Sequence record: MN508614.1
Source of the DNA: Escherichia phage ES12
Strand: one strand, 5' to 3'
DNA: 64,000 bases
The notes under the pieces were generated by a model, which was not told where the DNA came from, did not search any database, and saw nothing but the letters and a program-made list of their open reading frames with translations. Within the stretch, counting starts at the first letter, position 1; the number at the start of each line of letters is the position of its first letter. Shown here in pieces: positions 34,989 to 46,001 of the stretch. Position numbers and translations under genes: made by a program.

Positions 34989-35326
34989 TAAAACCTCATC
35001 TGAAAACCGTGCGATTTAACATTACCGCCATTAATATCAGAACTATTAATTTCACGTGCAATTGAGGGATCAATGTCAATTTCGCGATTGAGTTTAGTGA
35101 TAGCTAAAGTATCGCGCCCATTTACAGTACGGAACTCTAAAGGGCAGACTACATTAACGTAGTTTTTAATCGATTCACTGGTAGGTTGCAAATGTGCAGG
35201 AAGGTCTTTAGGCGCCTTTGAGAAAACTACTTCGCAGAAGTTTTTACGGGTATCAAAATAAGTAGTCATAAACATAACATTTTCCTCAGTAAGGGGCCAA
35301 AGCCCCTCATTTATTTTAAATATCAA
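34988..35326 (-). CDS. hypothetical protein
   Basis: 112 aa ORF; real start may be the internal Met near 35275, after a hairpin and RBS GAGGAAAA. Confidence 0.55.
   Translation of the reverse strand: MIFKINEGLWPLTEENVMFMTTYFDTRKNFCEVVFSKAPKDLPAHLQPTSESIKNYVNVVCPLEFRTVNGRDTLAITKLNREIDIDPSIAREINSSDINGGNVKSHGFQMRF
35290..35309 (-). terminator. intra-operon hairpin
   Basis: Minus strand GAGGGGC-TTTG-GCCCCTT directly after an ORF stop and before RBS GAGGAAAA. Confidence 0.45.
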
Positions 35327-35681
35327 ATTCGTTAAGAACTACATCAAAGATTGCTTCAAGATGCTCAGGTTTAGCTCTGTTACTCAGAATATGACGAATC
35401 CAAGTTTTAACCAAAAGCTTGCGATTAACGCCATTCCAGCAAGGATGAGTCCCTAAATCGCGTTCACGGAAATCATCATCCAGAGCGATTTTAAAGTTGG
35501 AACCTTCCATCGTGATTGAAACCGTGATACCGTTTTCAAATCGCATATAAACGTAATTAGGAGTCATATACTGCTCAATTTCGCATACTGATCCATTTTG
35601 ATGTTTCCAAAGGCAAATAGTATCAATAGAACCTGCAATACCATTAGAAACATATTTACGTTCAAAGTTGATGTAGTTCAT
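35316..35681 (-). CDS. hypothetical protein
   Basis: 121 aa ORF downstream of an early-type promoter. Confidence 0.6.
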   Translation of the reverse strand: MNYINFERKYVSNGIAGSIDTICLWKHQNGSVCEIEQYMTPNYVYMRFENGITVSITMEGSNFKIALDDDFRERDLGTHPCWNGVNRKLLVKTWIRHILSNRAKPEHLEAIFDVVLNEFDI

Positions 35682-35718
35682 TTTTATTCTCCAAGATGTT
35701 TAATTGCGGTACAGGTAT

Positions 35719-35747
35719 ATAATATCATATCCTGTACCAAAGTAAAC
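35719..35747 (-). promoter_or_regulatory. early promoter (GTTTAC-N17-TATTAT) with flanking 8-bp inverted repeat
   Basis: Minus-strand GTTTACTTTGGTACAGGATATGATATTAT; GGTACAGG ... CCTGTACC inverted repeat brackets the -10. Confidence 0.55.
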
Positions 35748-35749
35748 AA

Positions 35750-36082
35750 TTATTTTACTACTTTCCAATGCTGCATGTCAAGTTTACCAACTTTTTTCAT
35801 CTTCTCAATTAAGCGTTCGGCACGTTGGCGAGCTGTAACATAATACCATTCACCTAATTCATTTTGTTCAATTTTTCCAACGATTACTGTATTCAATTCA
35901 TAAATCCAACCAGTAAAGAAATTATGAACTTGAATTGTAAAGGTGAAATCTGTTCCCATACCTTCTGTTGTTTCTACTTCAATAATATCACCTTCAACTG
36001 CCATTAAGAACCACATAGTTTCATCATATTTACCATTGAAGCATTTAGTTTTAACTGCAGCGTTCAGATTAATCGTTTTCAT
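35750..36082 (-). CDS. hypothetical protein
   Basis: 110 aa ORF. Confidence 0.6.
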   Translation of the reverse strand: MKTINLNAAVKTKCFNGKYDETMWFLMAVEGDIIEVETTEGMGTDFTFTIQVHNFFTGWIYELNTVIVGKIEQNELGEWYYVTARQRAERLIEKMKKVGKLDMQHWKVVK

Positions 36083-36193
36083 TTTATTCTCCTTTGTTTG
36101 TGTAAGATAATACTATCACAAAGGAACCATACTGTAAACAACTTTATGCAATCTTTGGAAAATGAAAAAAGGACTCCCGAAGGAGTCCTCAAC

Positions 36194-36370
36194 TTATGCT
36201 TTCTGCTTACCAAAACGAGAAGCATCATCTCGAAGAACCGCACGTGCTCGGCGCATGATCTTCTCAACAGTTTGATTGATACGAGAGTTCGACCCACGCT
36301 TGTAGCCAGCGCGTTTAGAATCACCAACTTTCTTTTCAACTGCTTTCTTTGCTTTAGCTTGTTTTGCCAT
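36194..36370 (-). CDS. small highly basic protein (about 58 aa)
   Basis: MAKQAKAKKAVEKKVGDSKRAGYKRG... with RBS AAAGAGA; track ORF 36194-36412 extends upstream of the likely start; start coordinate approximate. Confidence 0.5.
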   Translation of the reverse strand: MAKQAKAKKAVEKKVGDSKRAGYKRGSNSRINQTVEKIMRRARAVLRDDASRFGKQKA

Positions 36371-36768
36371 TATAAATTCTCTTTTAAATGAAAATGCAGG
36401 ACTTATTGGCATTGCCTGCGCAAGCCCTCAAGGGGAACATAAGTTTTTTGATATTTAACGACCAGGATAACCATAAACCCGTCATCATACCTTATAGCTC
36501 TTATCTGTTGCACACCGTTAGCTTAAAGGTTCCGGGTTCGATTTCTCGAGGATAAGATATATACTGATGGATATATAGGCCTTGAGGCGTACTCCCGATT
36601 GGCCATCACCTCGGGGTAGCATGCACTTGCCGCTATAAGAATAACATTCAAGAGGTACACCGTAAAACTGCCGGGGTCTTAAAACTATAATGATTCGCAA
36701 ATCATTAATCAGACAGTTCGACGGCTCCTCGTTTTAACTTCACACTAAGGCAGTGACTCTCCAATAAA

Positions 36769-37017
36769 TTACTTCAGTGTTACCACAAAGTGACGAACTG
36801 CTTTTCGTGCAGCAGAAGCCAGAGGCTTAGCATATTTAAGTTCATCTTTTTCCTGAAGCTCAGCAGCTAATGCAGTTTGAGCAGGATTCAGATGTTTGAA
36901 ATAACGCAGGATTTCAAGAGCTTCGGCTTCAACATCAATAGATGCGCCATAGTTTTCGTGACCATTATTCCATGCGTTTCGTTGCAGTTCAAGAGCGTGT
37001 TGTAATTGTTTAATCAT
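36769..37017 (-). CDS. rIII: rIII lysis inhibition accessory protein
   Basis: 82 aa, recognised as T4 rIII; late promoter motif upstream. Confidence 0.88.
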   Translation of the reverse strand: MIKQLQHALELQRNAWNNGHENYGASIDVEAEALEILRYFKHLNPAQTALAAELQEKDELKYAKPLASAARKAVRHFVVTLK

Positions 37018-37156
37018 TTAAAAATTCTCGTTAGAGATTAAAACTCGGTAGTCACGTTCTTCTGAATTTCATCTTCTTTCGACAGATCTCTCAGTTGTAG
37101 ACTACCACATAGAATTGTTCGGTTAACTTATTATTCCGACACCCAATTCATATTAT

Positions 37157-37164
37157 TATTTATA
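37157..37164 (-). promoter_or_regulatory. late promoter TATAAATA (rIII)
   Basis: Minus-strand TATAAATA just downstream of gene 31 stop. Confidence 0.55.
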
Positions 37165-37500
37165 TCACTTATAAAGACACGGAATAGCTTTATAGTGACA
37201 GGTAACGAATTTTTGTTTAATTTCTTTTGGCTGCTTAAGACCCAGAGCTACAAAAGGGTGTGGAACGTTTCGAATTTGACCAACTGGAAGAGAAGTCAAA
37301 TCACCAACTTCGCAGAAACCTTCAGGAACATCAGGACCGACAGAGTGAACTACACACAGTTCAGGAACTTCACCTTGAACACGTTTACCGATAATAAGTC
37401 CTGATTCTGTAACTTCTTCATCACCGGCTTGTGCGGGTTCAGAAACTAAAATAACATATTCACCGACAGCACGAATTGGTAGCTGTTGTACTTCAGACAT
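37165..37500 (-). CDS. 31: co-chaperonin gp31 (GroES analogue)
   Basis: 111 aa, recognised as T4 gp31; MotA-box middle promoter upstream. Confidence 0.93.
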
Positions 37501-37524
37501 CGTTTTTCCTTTTTGTTAACAGAT

Positions 37525-37560
37525 GAATTAATAATAACAAATAATTCTTAAAGCATTTAT
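37525..37560 (-). promoter_or_regulatory. MotA-dependent middle promoter (gene 31)
   Basis: Minus-strand AAATGCTTTAAG MotA box followed by TATTAT. Confidence 0.45.
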
Positions 37561-37865
37561 TTACCAATAAATTGGAGCAAATGCTCAACTTTCATACCAT
37601 TAACGGAAATCAATTTGTCAATAGAAAAACCTCGCCATGCACCAAGTTCAACATCAAATACTGGAATCATATCAGTAGATTCTTTCCGAGTAGATTCAGT
37701 CAATTTACCAGTTTGCATGGTTGGCATAAAGTCAGCATCGCGAGTACCTTTCATAACACGAATAGTACCATCAGACTTTTCAAAAACTACGTTTGAAACA
37801 CCCATGGACAATTTAGTTTTCAAAATTTCACGAATTGCTACTTTTTGTTCAGTCGTCAGTTTCAT
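37557..37865 (-). CDS. hypothetical protein (31.1 position)
   Basis: 102 aa ORF. Confidence 0.6.
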   Translation of the reverse strand: MKLTTEQKVAIREILKTKLSMGVSNVVFEKSDGTIRVMKGTRDADFMPTMQTGKLTESTRKESTDMIPVFDVELGAWRGFSIDKLISVNGMKVEHLLQFIGK

Positions 37866-38102
37866 TTATTTACCTATTACAGTTTTAATATGAGTTGTTC
37901 CACGTTCTTTAAGAGTGGAAAGTAATTTTTGGCATTTTTCTAAATCAGATTTCCAACTATGTGGTCTATCAATACAAACCCAGTTTGACTTATAATACTG
38001 CTTCCATTTAGAGAAAAAATACTTCTTATACTCTACAGCAAATGAAATGTTCTCGTTGGAATAAGAACTAATTGCTGTGAGCTGTACCAAACGAAATTTC
38101 AT
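37866..38102 (-). CDS. hypothetical protein (31.2 position)
   Basis: 78 aa ORF. Confidence 0.55.
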   Translation of the reverse strand: MKFRLVQLTAISSYSNENISFAVEYKKYFFSKWKQYYKSNWVCIDRPHSWKSDLEKCQKLLSTLKERGTTHIKTVIGK

Positions 38103-38683
38103 TATTCACCACAGAATTCGTTGATATTTTCCCAGTTTAACTTATTTAAGTTTTTCTTAGGAACATTAAACACTTCAATACCTGCATTTCGCAGAATATC
38201 ATCCCAACCAGGTTTATTTTTATCGTATGTTTCACAATAAACCAGCTTTTTAATTCCAGATTGAGCTATTGCTTTTGCACAATCTGGGCAAGGAGAAAGT
38301 GTTACATACATAGTAGCACCTTCAATTGAAGAACCGTTTCGTGCAGCAAACAAAATCGCATTTAGTTCAGCATGAATTTCATTTTTAGACGACCATTCAG
38401 AGTGCGCGCTACGATGTTCTTTCGCCAATACAAAACGATCAGTTGAACCAAACGATACACATTCAGGCTTATGACCTTGAATGATAGTATGTTTAGGCTT
38501 ATTCAGCAACCAACCTTGCTCAGCAGCATAATCACAGCAGTTCACACCACCTGCAGGTGAACCATTATATCCAGTAGAAATAATACGTCCATTCTTTTCA
38601 ATTACTGCTCCTACTTTCCAGGAGCAACATTTTGATTCTTGTGATACTAAATATGCAATTTGAAGCACTGTACTCGCTTTCAT
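38102..38683 (-). CDS. cd: dCMP deaminase
   Basis: 193 aa; zinc-binding motifs HAELNA and PCPDC. Confidence 0.93.
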   Translation of the reverse strand: MKASTVLQIAYLVSQESKCCSWKVGAVIEKNGRIISTGYNGSPAGGVNCCDYAAEQGWLLNKPKHTIIQGHKPECVSFGSTDRFVLAKEHRSAHSEWSSKNEIHAELNAILFAARNGSSIEGATMYVTLSPCPDCAKAIAQSGIKKLVYCETYDKNKPGWDDILRNAGIEVFNVPKKNLNKLNWENINEFCGE

Positions 38684-39018
38684 TTCATAATCACCAGATA
38701 AGCAGATTTAGCAGTTTCAACACGATAAATTTCGTGACGAAGTTTAGTTATACTTTTAATAACAGAACTAATTATATTCTGCCCATCTTTAAAGCGGTTT
38801 TTCTTATCAATAAAAATTGCGCCAACCATCTTTTTGTGAAGCTCAACTGGATACTTCGTCACAATAATAGCATCATACACAGAAGGATGAATACTATTCA
38901 CTAGAGTGTCATTCATTAAAGTTATTCTAATGAACTGTGCTGTTTCAGAGTCAAGCGCTCTATGATCGCCAGTATCATTTTCAAGACAATTATCAATTAT
39001 ATCAGTTAAATTCATCAT
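38680..39018 (-). CDS. hypothetical protein (cd.1 position)
   Basis: 112 aa ORF. Confidence 0.55.
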   Translation of the reverse strand: MMNLTDIIDNCLENDTGDHRALDSETAQFIRITLMNDTLVNSIHPSVYDAIIVTKYPVELHKKMVGAIFIDKKNRFKDGQNIISSVIKSITKLRHEIYRVETAKSAYLVIMK

Positions 39019-39251
39019 AGTACGCCATACACCCTTTGTGCTTCAACTAATCCATCAAAATCCAGTTTAAGATGCGATATTTGATCGCCATCACCTGGAT
39101 TCACAATTACTAATACTGAACGAGGAGTTTCGGTAATAACACGAACCGACGTTTCAGGAAATCGTTCAGAAACCTTATTTACCAATTCTTGAGCAAATAG
39201 TTTAACTTTTTCTTGGAATTCTTTAACAGTAATTGGTTTTTCGCTTAGCAT
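39015..39251 (-). CDS. hypothetical protein (cd.2 position)
   Basis: 78 aa ORF. Confidence 0.55.
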   Translation of the reverse strand: MLSEKPITVKEFQEKVKLFAQELVNKVSERFPETSVRVITETPRSVLVIVNPGDGDQISHLKLDFDGLVEAQRVYGVL

Positions 39252-39772
39252 GTTGATCCTAGCTCCTTACTTTCAACATTTTTAACTAATTTGACAGAAA
39301 CTAATTCAGCATCTTGGGTAATCATTACCGGACCTTCTTCATGCTCTTCAAGATATTCTAGAGCTTTCTTTTTAGCTTCTTCCTTCGTATCAGTTTGAGC
39401 ATAGATATAGAACATACAACCAGTAATACCTACTACTTTCCACTTAATTTCTTTATCAGTTTTAATTTCAAATTTACTTACAGAATCATCTTTTTGAACT
39501 TCTTCGAAAAAAGAATATTCTAACATATAAGCAATTGAAAATAACGGGCTAACTTTATAGGATTCACCCATTACATCAACAGCTTTATACCAACAATCAT
39601 CAATTTCACGTTTAATGCTAATAACATTTTTCGCAGGATCTATTTTTACTTTAAATGAATTTTCCCCAATAAACTGGGCAATTCGTTTATTAGCCCCGCA
39701 AGTTTCATTAAAAATATCTTTATATCCAGCTTTAAAGCGATAAACCTTATCTTCTTCAAACCATTCGCTCAT
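39245..39772 (-). CDS. hypothetical protein (cd.3 position)
   Basis: 175 aa ORF. Confidence 0.6.
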   Translation of the reverse strand: MSEWFEEDKVYRFKAGYKDIFNETCGANKRIAQFIGENSFKVKIDPAKNVISIKREIDDCWYKAVDVMGESYKVSPLFSIAYMLEYSFFEEVQKDDSVSKFEIKTDKEIKWKVVGITGCMFYIYAQTDTKEEAKKKALEYLEEHEEGPVMITQDAELVSVKLVKNVESKELGSTC

Positions 39773-39834
39773 TTCAATTTCCTCATTTGTTTTGGTAGAG
39801 CTATAATATCACAACTCTACCGTAAAGTAAACTA

Positions 39835-40140
39835 TTAAATTGCTTTGAATTCTGATGTCTGTGATTCAAAACGAATGTCGCCTTTGATAACTAGCTCAGC
39901 ATCAAGACCAAATACAACAATGATATGCGCGGAACCTGGATACAACGTAATGGCAATAGAATCCACCTGGTCTGGAAGCAAAGCGTTCAATACATGAGTC
40001 ACTTGAGCGTGGATTCGAAGTTCAGCTGCATTATCAAGCTTTTCAAACATGTTATTAGCGATAATTTGGCTAAACACTACTTCTACGATTTTAGAGTAAG
40101 TCGGAAACATATTTACCTCACATAATTTTCTTCGAGCCAA
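39835..40140 (-). CDS. hypothetical protein (cd.4 position)
   Basis: 101 aa ORF. Confidence 0.5.
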   Translation of the reverse strand: MARRKLCEVNMFPTYSKIVEVVFSQIIANNMFEKLDNAAELRIHAQVTHVLNALLPDQVDSIAITLYPGSAHIIVVFGLDAELVIKGDIRFESQTSEFKAI

Positions 40141-40305
40141 TCAATAACATCCAAAGCGTTATCAAAAGTTGCGCCATCTACTTTGTCTTCTGTTTCATAA
40201 TCAAGAACATCTAGGCCTACTCTTCCGTCAACAATAGGCCATAGACAAAATAGATATTTCTTTTCTTTTTCAATTTTATCACAAAGACGATAAATCTTTT
40301 CTAGG

Positions 40306-40313
<8 letters not shown>
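40113..40313 (-). CDS. hypothetical protein (cd.5 position)
   Basis: 66 aa ORF. Confidence 0.5.
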
Positions 40314-41721
<1,408 letters not shown>

Positions 41722-41725
<4 letters not shown>

Positions 41726-41952
41726 TTATTTTTCTCAACTAATGATTGAATATAATCATGCAGGTCTTTAGATGCTTTACCCCACTTATTTTGATATTCA
41801 TTTTTGAGATTAGCACGGGATTGAGCTAATAAAACATCATTAGTTGGAGGTAAAGATTCTAACCGCTGAATCTGGCGTCCATAAATCATTGCAGCCATCT
41901 CGGATTCATAAATCAATCCTTTGAGATGTTCAAATTGATGCCATGAAATCAT
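41722..41952 (-). CDS. hypothetical protein
   Basis: 76 aa ORF. Confidence 0.5.
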
Positions 41953-42248
41953 TTACATTTATCCTCTTTTAACTCTTGACGATAATAACATATCATAGTT
42001 TTTTGGTCATGTACATATCGTTTTACATCATTAAGCCAAATACGAAATTCCTGGGAATCTTCAAATGGCATACCGACCCAAGCTTTACCATCAATAACTT
42101 TAACTTGCCAAGATAGTTTAGCTTCATCATATGACTTTATCTGTACAGGCCAATTAGGATGAACTGTTTCTTTCTTTACTTCTAGAGGCTTTGTCGAACA
42201 ACCAGCTAGAAGACCGATAGATAATATTACTGCTGATAGTCTAATCAT
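41949..42248 (-). CDS. outer-membrane spanin (o-spanin lipoprotein, Rz1 equivalent)
   Basis: 99 aa; signal peptide with lipobox LLAGCS; directly downstream of the i-spanin-like gene. Confidence 0.7.
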   Translation of the reverse strand: MIRLSAVILSIGLLAGCSTKPLEVKKETVHPNWPVQIKSYDEAKLSWQVKVIDGKAWVGMPFEDSQEFRIWLNDVKRYVHDQKTMICYYRQELKEDKCK

Positions 42249-42598
42249 TTAGAAAGGTCCTGGATGTCTTCTGCGAACTTGTTGAAGGAGTTGTTGATTT
42301 GTTTTTCAACCAATCCTGGCTTACGAGCCACCACATCCGCCTTCTTTGCATCTTTGCGCAGTTTTTCATTTTCACGCTCAATAGCAGCAATCGCCTCACG
42401 ATTTTTATTATTCATCGCATCAATATAATTATACTGAATTCGCAAATTATTTAATGCTAAGGCGTTTTCATTGGCCGTTTTTGTAATTTCTACAACAGAC
42501 GTTTCTAATCTTTCAATTTTATTTTTTAAAATTAAAGAAGTTCCGCCTAATGCAATTACAATTAATAGCAAACCTGCTGTCGTATTACTTAATTGCAT
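42245..42598 (-). CDS. inner-membrane spanin (i-spanin, Rz equivalent)
   Basis: 117 aa; N-terminal TM helix GLLLIVIALGGTSLIL followed by charged coiled-coil region. Confidence 0.7.
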   Translation of the reverse strand: MQLSNTTAGLLLIVIALGGTSLILKNKIERLETSVVEITKTANENALALNNLRIQYNYIDAMNNKNREAIAAIERENEKLRKDAKKADVVARKPGLVEKQINNSFNKFAEDIQDLSK

Positions 42599-43095
42599 AA
42601 AGTTTTAATAACCTCTATAATATCGTCTTGAGAAAGACCGTTAATTAAAATATGATGTTCAGCCGGAGATTTAGAAATTTTAAAGCATGCCTCAACATCT
42701 TCTGCCATATCCGATGCGCTACGATTTGGATTACTAATTCCAAGACGATGTTTTCCCGTTAAAGGATTAACGATGATATAGCATTTACAGCTATTGATAT
42801 GAACATTAGGTTGAGTCTGATTAATAAACACTTCACAATCATACTTAGCGAGTTGATTTTCTAAAAAGACTTTCATCTCCTCAACCGCATCAGGAAGCAT
42901 ATCACGGGCTTGCTCAAGACGACGATTTCGATATTCTTTAATGGTCGTTTTCCGCTTGACTTGCTTAGCTAAATCTTTCTTAAGATCGGTGATATATCCA
43001 ACTCGACGATTTCCTTTGAATACAAAAATCCCATCTGTAGTATCACCGTATGCTTCAACGACCATTTCAGTAGTAATGAGCTGCAAATCCATCAT
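42589..43095 (-). CDS. alc: Alc, inhibitor of host transcription on cytosine DNA
   Basis: 168 aa ORF at the T4 alc position, upstream of spanins and downstream of rnlA; preceded by early-promoter module. Confidence 0.75.
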   Translation of the reverse strand: MMDLQLITTEMVVEAYGDTTDGIFVFKGNRRVGYITDLKKDLAKQVKRKTTIKEYRNRRLEQARDMLPDAVEEMKVFLENQLAKYDCEVFINQTQPNVHINSCKCYIIVNPLTGKHRLGISNPNRSASDMAEDVEACFKISKSPAEHHILINGLSQDDIIEVIKTLCN

Positions 43096-43100
43096 AAAGT

Positions 43101-43153
43101 CCTCATGTTATGTCAGTAAGACTACTGTAACACAACACGAGGGACTTGTAAAC
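43101..43153 (-). promoter_or_regulatory. early promoter plus leader module, copy B, upstream of alc
   Basis: Same 52-nt sequence with one mismatch (-10 TTACAGT). Confidence 0.65.
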
Positions 43154-43156
43154 AGC

Positions 43157-44744
<1,588 letters not shown>

Positions 44745-44771
44745 AATAAAATGGGCCTTGCGGCCCACTCC

Positions 44772-45950
44772 TTAAAAGTATTTTTTAAAACTCATCATAA
44801 CTTTATCATCAACATCATTATCAATCTGTGCAACAAGATAAGATGACAGTTCTACTTCTTGTGGCGCTGATTGAACATTATCAGAATTAAGATATTCACG
44901 AATCCAAGGATATGGATGTTTAACCGGAGCATCGGTAATTGGGCATGGAAGACCACACTGTTTCATACGAGATACAGTTAAGTAATCAATAAAGCTCCAC
45001 ATGCTATTTGTATTTAATCCAGGAACATCGCCATCTTTAAATAAATGAACTGCCCAATCTTTTTCTTGGCGGTTAACTTCCATGAAAATATCAACTGCTT
45101 CTTGCTCGCACTCTTGAGCAATTTTAACCCATTCATCGCCATCAGTGCCAAGTTGAAGTTGACGAATAATATATTGGGTGCCTTTAAGGTGAAGCTGCTC
45201 ATCACGAGCAATGAACTTCATAATCTTGGCATTACCTTCCATGATTTCCATGTTCTTATGGAAGTTAAAGGTACATGCGAAAGATACATAAAAACGAATA
45301 GCTTCTAAGGCATTAATAACGTGCAAACAGAGGTAAAGAGATTTCATTAACTCACGCTTCCAATATGTCTCATGCTCAATAGCATCTTCAATAACGTCTT
45401 CGTCTGCATTAATTTCTTTTTGGTATTCGATATCAGCTTTAGCGTTTTCCCAATAACGAGTTTTAATCAGAACATCATCATAATAACGTCCAATGGATTC
45501 AGCACGTTTCATAATAGCTTCATCTAATACAATCTCATCAAATACCTTTGACGGATCAGTATAAAGATTTCGCATGATATGAGTGTATGAACGACTGTGA
45601 ATAGTTTCACTAAAAGTCCATGTAGCAACCCATGTATCAAGGCTTGGGTCTGAAATTAATGACATAAGTACAGCAGACGGCGCACGACCCTGAATGCTAT
45701 CCAAAAGTGATTGATACTTCAAGTTGTTAGTAAAAATATTTTGCTGATACTGAGGAAGCTTATTAAACTGTGCAGCATCCATCATTAAGTTTACTTCTTC
45801 CGGGCGCCAGAAAAATGATAAGGACTTTTCTGTAAGTTCTTCAAATACTCGATGCCGTTGAATATCATAACGCGCAATACCAAGACCTGAACCAAAAAAC
45901 ATAGGTTCTTTTAAAACATCAACTGGATTTGTATTAAAAACTGTGCTCAT
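44772..45950 (-). CDS. nrdB: ribonucleotide reductase small subunit NrdB, uninterrupted
   Basis: 392 aa continuous ORF; no intron interruption seen. Confidence 0.93.
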   Translation of the reverse strand: MSTVFNTNPVDVLKEPMFFGSGLGIARYDIQRHRVFEELTEKSLSFFWRPEEVNLMMDAAQFNKLPQYQQNIFTNNLKYQSLLDSIQGRAPSAVLMSLISDPSLDTWVATWTFSETIHSRSYTHIMRNLYTDPSKVFDEIVLDEAIMKRAESIGRYYDDVLIKTRYWENAKADIEYQKEINADEDVIEDAIEHETYWKRELMKSLYLCLHVINALEAIRFYVSFACTFNFHKNMEIMEGNAKIMKFIARDEQLHLKGTQYIIRQLQLGTDGDEWVKIAQECEQEAVDIFMEVNRQEKDWAVHLFKDGDVPGLNTNSMWSFIDYLTVSRMKQCGLPCPITDAPVKHPYPWIREYLNSDNVQSAPQEVELSSYLVAQIDNDVDDKVMMSFKKYF

Positions 45951-46001
45951 AAATTTTCCGCTTAGTTAATAGTTGGTGACTCGTCCATGAGTCAAATTAT
46001 A

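Noticed and set aside
36079-36339. 86-aa minus-strand ORF overlapping the small basic protein gene
   Set aside because: Different frame over the same DNA; the basic-protein frame has a strong RBS and is more plausible
36540-36570. tRNA-like GGTTCGATT T-loop motif
   Set aside because: Flanking sequence cannot form a T-stem or acceptor stem; not a tRNA gene
36518-36700. 60-aa minus-strand ORF in the rIII-proximal gap
   Set aside because: Uses a TTG start with no convincing RBS and has low-complexity sequence; the region is treated as possibly non-coding instead
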